This document shows, one piece after another, positions 25,441 to 32,000 of a stretch of 32,000 nucleotides of DNA. Origin of the DNA: Candidatus Nanopusillus sp. (GTDB taxonomy: Archaea > Nanobdellota > Nanobdellia > Nanobdellales > Nanobdellaceae). The notes below the pieces were generated by a model. That model had not been told where the DNA came from. It was given only the letters and a program-made list of their open reading frames with translations, and searched no databases. The position numbers were made by a program, and so were the translations under genes. The stretch is taken from assembly GCA_046533775.1 (NCBI GenBank), contig JAWDOO010000001.1, positions 95,582 to 127,581 on the forward strand, read 5' to 3'. Numbering within the stretch: position 1 is the stretch's first letter; each line of letters opens with the position of its first letter.

Positions 25441-26558
25441 GGTGATATAGAAGGTAATATTGATACATTTAAATATGGGCCTCCAGATTGTACACCTACC
25501 TTAGATAAAATAATAAACTCTGGAAATACTTGATTACCATTATTATCTACATTTCCCAATTCTAGTTTAAATATATGATCCTGTGAGGTATCTGATGAAT
25601 TATAAATGTATTGAAAGTTTGGATTACATAAATACTGAATATCATTATATTGACCATAACATCCATCATAAAATGTAAAATTTGGATTATAATATATTGA
25701 CAATGTTAAATATGATTGATATACTGTATATTCTCCATTTGGAAATATACCAAGAATACTACCTTGACTCATAAATTTATTATAATAACAACTAGCATAT
25801 GGATTTGATGTATCTTGCCAGTATTGAAATAAAGTAATCGCTGAAGAAAATGCTAAATTAAATGCAAAACCAGCTGCAAAATCAAATGGAGGCGGTAAAA
25901 CTTCATCTAATATCATATCTCCAACTTGCATTATAGTAAATTCTACAGTAGACCATAGAGCAGGTCCTACTGAAGATTGTAATGCATTAAATATATCACC
26001 AAAAAAATTATTATTTCCATATGCATATTGTAAAAGTGCAGATTGATATGTATATAATCCATATGTACCAACAGCATTTATTGCTGTTAGTTTTGCAATT
26101 GATGGCAAAGATTTATATATATCATTTAAAGCGTCCAATATCCCTCCTGTAGCACCGAAATTCTTAAGTCCAGGTAAATATGAAAATACTTCAGTCATAA
26201 AAGAAGTTAATGCATCATCTGCAAGTTGTTGCCATAGATTATTTACATAACATATTCCAATACTAACTAAAAAATTATTATTATTATATAAGGGAATAAA
26301 CAGAGCATATGAATTTATTGGAGGAATTATCCTAAATTCATAGAAAAATGTTGGAGCAGTTGTTACTAAAAATGCTGCCTCCATATTTCCAGGTTCTGAT
26401 GTTGAATATGTAATAAAACCAGCAACTTCTAATATTAAATAAGGATTATGTGTACCAAATATTCTTGTAATAATATATGGAAAATATATTCCTATTAATG
26501 ATACGATTATTAAAAATATTGATGCTATTATTGCATCTAATAATTCATCTATATCCAT
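25437..26558 (-). CDS. Probable polytopic membrane protein (373 aa) of the surface operon
   Basis: MDIDELLDAIIASIFLIIVSLIGIYFPYII is followed by several more hydrophobic or G/A-rich segments (AAFLVTTAPTFFY, FGATGGILDAL, LTAINAVGTYGLY, FDFAAGFAFNLAFSSAITLF). There is a 1-nt gap to the upstream gene. Confidence 0.7.
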   Translation of the reverse strand: MDIDELLDAIIASIFLIIVSLIGIYFPYIITRIFGTHNPYLILEVAGFITYSTSEPGNMEAAFLVTTAPTFFYEFRIIPPINSYALFIPLYNNNNFLVSIGICYVNNLWQQLADDALTSFMTEVFSYLPGLKNFGATGGILDALNDIYKSLPSIAKLTAINAVGTYGLYTYQSALLQYAYGNNNFFGDIFNALQSSVGPALWSTVEFTIMQVGDMILDEVLPPPFDFAAGFAFNLAFSSAITLFQYWQDTSNPYASCYYNKFMSQGSILGIFPNGEYTVYQSYLTLSIYYNPNFTFYDGCYGQYNDIQYLCNPNFQYIYNSSDTSQDHIFKLELGNVDNNGNQVFPEFIILSKVGVQSGGPYLNVSILPSISP

Positions 26559-26559
26559 A

Positions 26560-27492
26560 TTATGTAGAAACAGTCTCTCCTATGTATATATTAATATTTG
26601 CTGTTCCGCTCTGGTTACTTACATATATATACATCACTGTTGGTGGTAAAGAACCTGCAAAATATAATAATGGAAAGTTCATTTGGAAGGTTTGAATGAG
26701 AGAAGTAAATGTTTCAGAACTTATTATTTCACCTACAATATTACTAAGAGTTATTTGAGGATTCAATGGAAATCCTGATAATTCTACACAATCTGATGGA
26801 TTATATGGCAAATTGTTATTATTTGTATTTGGATTTGGAGCACAAGATATACTACCATTTTCTTGATATGTATTACCATTTTCATTAATTGTTGATGTAA
26901 ATGTACATCCATTACTATCACAACTTATTGTCGTATCATTTAATATAGTAAGAAACATCGATTCTGTTGATGGAAAGAAACTATCTATTATATTTATAAT
27001 AATTTGAAGATCACCTAAGTTCTCGTTATTAGAATATGCTAATAAACCAGCATCATCATTTAATCCTTGTATGCTTATATTTATTTGATTTATATTACTA
27101 TTTAATGATTCTTGTTTTACTAATTTACAAAATGCTAATGCTGGTGCAAATATAAAAGTATTTCCATTATCAGTTGTAGAGACATTCCAATATACTATTT
27201 TAACAGATAAGAGATCTACAACCTGATTAGGAGGAAGGCAATGATATAATTGCAAATACCATCCATTATTATATGTCAATACAAAAACATAATTATAGTC
27301 ATAATTACTTATAAATACAGATCCATTACTTCCGCTATTTATATCATTAGCAATTGAATTTAAATATCCTGTATATTCTAATTCATTCCCCAAAGCAAGT
27401 CCAATAAATGCCATAATAATAAAGTATATTAAAACTGCCAATACAATTAATACTATTATATCAAAAATTATTCTAAGAAAATCACCTTTCAT
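26560..27492 (-). CDS. Secreted/anchored protein with N-terminal hydrophobic helix (surface operon)
   Basis: MKGDFLRIIFDIIVLIVLAVLIYFIIMAFIGLAL, then a Cys-containing N/S/T-rich ectodomain. There is a 1-nt gap to the upstream small ORF. Confidence 0.7.
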   Translation of the reverse strand: MKGDFLRIIFDIIVLIVLAVLIYFIIMAFIGLALGNELEYTGYLNSIANDINSGSNGSVFISNYDYNYVFVLTYNNGWYLQLYHCLPPNQVVDLLSVKIVYWNVSTTDNGNTFIFAPALAFCKLVKQESLNSNINQINISIQGLNDDAGLLAYSNNENLGDLQIIINIIDSFFPSTESMFLTILNDTTISCDSNGCTFTSTINENGNTYQENGSISCAPNPNTNNNNLPYNPSDCVELSGFPLNPQITLSNIVGEIISSETFTSLIQTFQMNFPLLYFAGSLPPTVMYIYVSNQSGTANINIYIGETVST

Positions 27493-27493
27493 A

Positions 27494-27652
27494 TTATCCT
27501 AATCCAGATTGATTTAATATATTATATCCTACACTTGTTACATTTGCCTGCATGGAGTTACTTACTATATAATAATAAAATATTATTGCTAAAATAATTA
27601 TTACTATTGCAATAATTAAAAATATTAAAAAATTTATTGCATTATCAGCCAT
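27494..27652 (-). CDS. Unannotated small single-TM protein (52 aa) of the surface operon
   Basis: Below the ORF-track size cutoff. Manual translation gives MADNAINFLIFLIIAIVIIILAIIFYYYIVSNSMQANVTSVGYNILNQSGLG-stop. Its ATG overlaps the upstream gene's stop by 8 nt (ATGGCTGA), and its stop is 1 nt before the next ATG. Confidence 0.6.
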   Translation of the reverse strand: MADNAINFLIFLIIAIVIIILAIIFYYYIVSNSMQANVTSVGYNILNQSGLG

Positions 27653-27827
27653 AGTTATTACTATTTATACTATTTACAACATTTGTGCCATTTGTTTGAG
27701 GTATACTATTAAATAAATTTACTCCACCTTTAAAATAAAAGTACATAATTATTACTAACAATACTAGACCAACTATAAATAATATTATTGCTATTAAAAA
27801 TGTATTTACTTGTGTTTTTTTATCCAT
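27645..27827 (-). CDS. Small single-TM protein (60 aa) of the surface operon
   Basis: MDKKTQVNTFLIAIILFIVGLVLLVIIMYFYFKGG... A GGAGG Shine-Dalgarno-like element lies 3 nt upstream of the ATG. It has 8-nt overlaps at both ends with the flanking small ORFs. Confidence 0.65.
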   Translation of the reverse strand: MDKKTQVNTFLIAIILFIVGLVLLVIIMYFYFKGGVNLFNSIPQTNGTNVVNSINSNNYG

Positions 27828-27966
27828 TTCCTCCTATTAATTGATATTGAGCAAATATATTTATATTTAGCCCTATTTTTGGTCCAAATACAACAAAAAT
27901 AAGTATTAATATTAATACAATAAATATTAATGCAAGAATTATCTTTAAAAGTTCTCCAGTTTCCAT
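27820..27966 (-). CDS. Unannotated small single-TM protein (48 aa) of the surface operon
   Basis: Below the ORF-track cutoff. Manual translation gives METGELLKIILALIFIVLILILIFVVFGPKIGLNINIFAQYQLIGGNG-stop. Its stop overlaps the next ATG by 8 nt (ATGGATAA). Confidence 0.55.
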   Translation of the reverse strand: METGELLKIILALIFIVLILILIFVVFGPKIGLNINIFAQYQLIGGNG

Positions 27967-27996
27967 TATAAATCTAAAAACTTTGCAATTTATAAA

Positions 27997-29268
27997 TTAA
28001 CTTTCACCTACAACTGATGTTAATAAAATTACTCTATTTCCTCCTTCATATGTATACTCAATTATTATACCATTTGGATATCCTATTTCACCTACATTTG
28101 GAATAATTGTAACTTGATTTGGTGCAGGTGTAGGATTATCTGAAGTTGAACTTAATTCATTAGTATTACCACTTTGATCTACTTCATATGAATTTACTAA
28201 TAATTTATTATATACATTTGTTGAATATTGAGGATTTGATGTCAGTGACGAAAACTCTTCAGGACCTAAAACTTGACTTAAAACCTGACAAGCCATATTA
28301 TTATTACTACTTGCTATTACATTATCTCCATACATAACTTCTAATGGAACTTGATTATAATATTCCATCATTTCTAACATACATAAAACATCATTTAATG
28401 TAACACTATAATCACTATTATAGTCAAATAATAATAGCACATATTCATTATGATTTCCCGATATAGTTACACTCTGTCCCAATGTTTCTCCATATGTATA
28501 AAATAAATATTTTGCAATTAAATATGTTGCATATAAATTTTGACATTGTGATGATGTCGGATTACTACAATATCCTTCTTGTGTTATATTATTTGCAAAT
28601 GTTTCATTTAAATCGTTAAGCATTTCATTTACTTGAGATTCACTAATCTCACTTAAATTCACCGCTACTACACCTTCTGGAACTAAATAATATAAAATTG
28701 GTGCTTGCATTGTATGTGCTAAATTATTTAAGAAATATGATGCAAGATCTAAACTAAGTGTTCCAGCTACTAGACCTATACCAAAAGGATTTAAAAATAC
28801 TGTTTTATATGCATTTCCAACACCGGACGCAATATCATCTATTGGAGCACTTCCATCATCAAGATCTTTAAATATCATATTAAGAGTACCCACATCTTCT
28901 TTGTTAATTCCGTAATCCTCTAAAAATTGTACATTCTCATCATAATTTGCTTTAAGTCCAGTAGCTACACCAATAATGGTTGCAGCAACAACAACTCCTA
29001 ATAATACATCATTTGCAATTGTTGCAGCATCAGATATTCCCTGTGCTACTGGATTTATCATAAAACTTATACTCCCTGCTAATGCATATCCAAATTTTGC
29101 TTCTGGTCTACCAGCATAACTAAGACCTTTTAATACATTGAAGAAAACCAATATTATAAATATTATAATAATAATTGCAATAATAAGTTCTATTACACTA
29201 TCACTTATAGATTTCATATCATTTATAAAAATCTTGGATTTTATTAATTTTTTATAATAAATTTTCAA
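27997..29268 (-). CDS. Membrane protein (423 aa), first gene of the surface operon: class III-like N-terminus, extra hydrophobic G/A-rich segments, large ectodomain
   Basis: The internal Met at 29217 gives MKSISDSVIELIIAIIIIIFIILVFFNVL, which resembles the MKSISPIIA pilin-like N-terminus at 15019. Further hydrophobic segments are LLGVVVAATIIGVATGL and FGIGLVAGTLSLDLASYFL. The C-terminal part is S/T/N/P-rich. Confidence 0.7.
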   Translation of the reverse strand: MKIYYKKLIKSKIFINDMKSISDSVIELIIAIIIIIFIILVFFNVLKGLSYAGRPEAKFGYALAGSISFMINPVAQGISDAATIANDVLLGVVVAATIIGVATGLKANYDENVQFLEDYGINKEDVGTLNMIFKDLDDGSAPIDDIASGVGNAYKTVFLNPFGIGLVAGTLSLDLASYFLNNLAHTMQAPILYYLVPEGVVAVNLSEISESQVNEMLNDLNETFANNITQEGYCSNPTSSQCQNLYATYLIAKYLFYTYGETLGQSVTISGNHNEYVLLLFDYNSDYSVTLNDVLCMLEMMEYYNQVPLEVMYGDNVIASSNNNMACQVLSQVLGPEEFSSLTSNPQYSTNVYNKLLVNSYEVDQSGNTNELSSTSDNPTPAPNQVTIIPNVGEIGYPNGIIIEYTYEGGNRVILLTSVVGES

Positions 29269-29336
29269 TATTATAATACTTAAAAAATTATATAAAAAAT
29301 TAAAGTAATAGTTATATTTTTATATTATCTTTGATA

Positions 29337-29919
29337 ATGTTGGATACAGAAATTATAGCACAAACAAATTTAAATGATCAACAATATACAAATACATCGA
29401 TAGTATAGTTTGTTTATATTTATTATACAGAATCAATATCAAGGTATTATCCATAAATTGTAATCAAAATTTGACGTTTAATTTACTAATATACCAAAGT
29501 GCATTTCCAATATTATGGAATAATGAATATGTTACAATTGATGGAGACCTGATTTATTAAGTATATTTTATTGGAATGATACAGAATTACAATCAATTGT
29601 TAATTATATAGCTCAATTTACAATAATTCTAAAAGCAACGATTTTGAATAATAATCTTTATTTAGCATGGTTTGGATTAAATAATATTTCAAATGGACAA
29701 GGTTCAATATATATGGCAATAACATCATTATCTTATCAAATAAGTCAATATACTAATAAAACAACGACTAATAATACTATAAATAATACTTCTAATACAT
29801 CTTTATATAGCTTAATACCGGATACAAATACTAAATTCAATAAATCTTTATTTAGTTCAATACCAACTTAGGTTATTACAATAATAGTTGGTATTGTAAT
29901 GTTTATTATTTTATATTAG
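29337..29919 (+). pseudogene. Decayed surface-protein gene: coding-like sequence in three frames plus an in-frame TAG, ending in a C-terminal TM anchor
   Basis: The manually translated pieces are:
- MLDTEIIAQTNLNDQQYTNTSIV-stop (frame of 29337).
- ...NLTFNLLIYQSAFPILWNNEYVTIDGDLIY-stop (frame open 29378-29560).
- ...IFYWNDTELQSIVNYIAQFTIILKATILNNNLYLAWFGLNNISNGQG...SSIPT-TAG-VITIIVGIVMFIILY-stop (frame open from 29542; includes track ORF 29644-29871).
The tail resembles the anchor of the thermopsin-like protein (IGGIVGVIIFILY). Confidence 0.4.
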
Positions 29920-30030
29920 CTTTTTAGATTGAGAAATTAAAAATATTTATAAAATTTTTATGAAAAAGTTTATTTATTTAATAATTATGAAGATAATTAT
30001 CTTTTTAAAATTTTATTAAAAGTATATTAT

Positions 30031-31035
30031 ATGAAACTATTTGGGGGTTTAGATAGAATTTTAAAGACAATAGAGGATAACGTAAAAGGTAGTTTTGAAA
30101 AAATTAAAGATGAGGCTAATGGATCTATAAAATATTTAGATGAAAGATTAAGAGAAATAGGAAATAAAATATCGGAATATAAACCAATAATAGGAGGTGC
30201 AGCAATAGCAGCATTACCACTTTATGCAAAAGTTCCAATTTTGGCAGGATTACAAATAGAAAATTTATATAAAGGTCCTGGAGGCAAAATTCTAAAATAT
30301 GTATTAATAGGAGGTAGTGCTATCACTCTTGTAGGATTAGGTGTAATGCTTGGATTAAATGCTATACATTCTTTACCTTCAAATAATGAACATATACAAT
30401 ATTTAGGTAATGGATATGAAGGATTTGTACCAAATGGTCAAACAATAAATTATGATGGAAATACAGATCCTGAAGGTGAGTTAATATTAAATAATGGAAC
30501 TACAATGCAAAATGTAATATGGAATGGACAATATGCAAGTACAATAATACAAAATCATAACCAAATAGTTCAATTGAATAATCAATTTGTTGGACAAACT
30601 GATCCAATAAATAATCAACCATATGTACCTTTACAGGATGTCTATATAATTAAAGGTCAAGTACCTGTTGAACAGGTAACAATAAATGGACAAACATATT
30701 ATGTAATAGAAGCTAATAATATAAACCCCGCAGACATTGCAGGATTCTATACATATCAAGGATGGGTATCTAACTTTGTAGCCGCAATGAATACACCAGG
30801 AACATATGCAGCAGGATTACCAGGAAACTCACCAGTATTCCAATGGACAAATACAACAGGAACAGTAGTATACCAAACACAACTATACGAAGGATATGGA
30901 GTTGGGGGAGGATCAAGAGAGGTACTAATAGAACTTAACGGAACCATAATTCCATATGGAGTAACTTATAGTCCTCTTGGCTCAGCCCTATTTAATTTCA
31001 CTACTCCGCAACAAACATATAATCCTTCTAGCTAA
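30031..31035 (+). CDS. Membrane protein: N-terminal charged helical segment, two TM helices, Q/N/T/G-rich C-terminal ectodomain
   Basis: MKLFGGLDRILKTIEDNVKGSFEKIKDEANGSIKYLDERLREIGNKISEY, then the hydrophobic IIGGAAIAALPLYAKVPILAGL and VLIGGSAITLVGLGVMLGLNAI, then ~220 aa of polar beta-rich-looking sequence. I recognise no family. Confidence 0.65.
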   Translation: MKLFGGLDRILKTIEDNVKGSFEKIKDEANGSIKYLDERLREIGNKISEYKPIIGGAAIAALPLYAKVPILAGLQIENLYKGPGGKILKYVLIGGSAITLVGLGVMLGLNAIHSLPSNNEHIQYLGNGYEGFVPNGQTINYDGNTDPEGELILNNGTTMQNVIWNGQYASTIIQNHNQIVQLNNQFVGQTDPINNQPYVPLQDVYIIKGQVPVEQVTINGQTYYVIEANNINPADIAGFYTYQGWVSNFVAAMNTPGTYAAGLPGNSPVFQWTNTTGTVVYQTQLYEGYGVGGGSREVLIELNGTIIPYGVTYSPLGSALFNFTTPQQTYNPSS

Positions 31036-31053
31036 TTTTTTAACAATAGATTT

Positions 31054-32000
31054 TTATGATACACTCGCAACATAAGGAACTCCATAAGTAACTATAACCC
31101 AATCTAAATACATATATCCAGATCCACCTCCTGAGCCTGCTGAAATGAACAAATAAGGATTTCCATTATAATAATTTTCATTATCTTGCAAGGGACCTAT
31201 AGTAATACTATTACCTAGATTACTTCCTTGACCATTATATTCTTCATCATATCCAAAAGTTCCATTTACAAAGTTACTATTTACATCAATATAAGTAAAA
31301 TAGCTATAATGATTTAGAGCCACTTGATAATTTGCAGTAAAATCTTGTGTTTCTTGATTAAACGCTGTATTATATGCATTTATATATGATTGTGCAAATA
31401 TTGGTTCTCCATTTATTGTAGATGCTGGTGGATTTGGTGGTATTACAGATTCATTACATGTAGTTTGGGGAGCACATTCCCAAATATAATGTTCTGTAGT
31501 AGAAGCAAGTGAATAATTAAATATATTACCATTCATTAAGAAATATATATTCATATTACCACCTCCTGCTTGGAACCAATTATATAACCAAAATAATCCA
31601 TATTGAGAATATGGTTGCCTAAAGAATTGATTTTGTTGTTGATCTAGTGGCATAAAAGCATAATAGTTTGATCCTGAATATCCACTTGGACTTCCAGTAT
31701 TATCTTCTAAGAAATAATAATTGTTTGAACCACCACCTGATGATCCTGAATAATAATAATCATAATATCCATTAGAACACAAAAGAGAGTTATCATAAGT
31801 TTGACATTCAACTTGAGGATTTACTTGAGTAGTTAGAAAATATCCCAATCCTTTTGTATTATTATCTTCCAATATCCCAACATAATAACCTGAAGAAACA
31901 CCAGGACCCGGACTTAGATCAGGTGCCCATCCATATTCATACATAAATATTGGAAAGCCAGAAGGTAAATAAGTATCACCTCCAACACTTATTCCTATAT
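31054..32000 (-). CDS. Secreted G/Y/N-rich protein, LamG/DUF2341-like C-terminus; N-terminus lies beyond the window edge
   Basis: The track ORF starts at M31944, but the frame stays open to position 32000 (upstream codons read IGISVGGDTYLPSGFPIF-M). The C-terminal GSGYMYLDWVIVTYGVPYV resembles the terminal motif of the 13494 protein (IYLYWVLLRSLPPNDIMPS). Confidence 0.6.
   Translation of the reverse strand, partial: IGISVGGDTYLPSGFPIFMYEYGWAPDLSPGPGVSSGYYVGILEDNNTKGLGYFLTTQVNPQVECQTYDNSLLCSNGYYDYYYSGSSGGGSNNYYFLEDNTGSPSGYSGSNYYAFMPLDQQQNQFFRQPYSQYGLFWLYNWFQAGGGNMNIYFLMNGNIFNYSLASTTEHYIWECAPQTTCNESVIPPNPPASTINGEPIFAQSYINAYNTAFNQETQDFTANYQVALNHYSYFTYIDVNSNFVNGTFGYDEEYNGQGSNLGNSITIGPLQDNENYYNGNPYLFISAGSGGGSGYMYLDWVIVTYGVPYVASVS

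Noticed and set aside
29644-29871. Track ORF 29644-29871 (+) as a stand-alone 75-aa gene.
   Set aside because: It starts at a TTG, and its frame is open well upstream (from 29542) without a start. It is followed, after an in-frame TAG, by a TM-anchor-like tail. I interpret it as one fragment of the decayed gene at 29337-29919.
29406-29871. The two in-frame TAG codons (29406-29408 and 29869-29871) might indicate stop-codon recoding or readthrough (e.g. pyrrolysine-like).
   Set aside because: TAG clearly terminates well-supported genes here (the debranching enzyme at 6317-6319 and the AAA+/wHTH gene at 7233-7235). The same region also needs two frameshifts to be read through. Pseudogenisation is the simpler explanation.
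1-32000. CRISPR arrays, rRNA genes, IS elements or transposases.
   Set aside because: I found no regularly spaced direct repeats, no rRNA-like GC-rich structured stretches other than the four tRNAs, and no transposase or integrase-like ORFs on either strand.

Overview
This is a very AT-rich, tightly packed archaeal window. The archaeal markers are a DnaG-type primase, ribosomal stalk protein P1, class V FBP aldolase/phosphatase, TrmY, Taw3, an archaeal AlaRS and four intron-less tRNAs without encoded CCA. The composition, compaction and gene content suggest a small-genome thermophilic archaeon, possibly Nanoarchaeota/DPANN-like; that is inference only. All homology calls come from motifs I recognise by eye, and no searches were run.

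Layout:
- 1-7235: a glycogen-metabolism cluster with a GT3 glycogen synthase, a ParA-like ATPase plus a small partner ORF, a GH57 enzyme, a GT5 GlgA-like synthase, a debranching enzyme and an AAA+/wHTH protein.
- 7235-11614: tRNA-Thr, an ICMT-like methyltransferase, tRNA-Pro, a thermopsin-like surface protease, TrmY, a DUF429-like protein and tRNA-Arg.
- 11615-15170: a tRNA-flanked accessory stretch. Two unrelated genes there share a TATA-plus-palindrome upstream module, and a pilin-signal/LamG-like gene is broken by a homopolymer frameshift.
- 15171-22581: housekeeping genes (tRNA-Leu, alaS, a coiled-coil protein, P1, fbp, dnaG, taw3).
- 22558-32000: a surface/envelope locus.

The best candidate for an undescribed system is a nine-gene, translationally coupled minus-strand operon at 22558-29268. 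Every product starts with a short polar N-terminus followed by a long hydrophobic helix, resembling a class III/pilin-type signal. It includes two sub-60-aa genes missing from the ORF track, and I recognise no assembly ATPase, platform protein or enzyme in it. A decayed surface-protein pseudogene and two further membrane/secreted proteins flank the operon.
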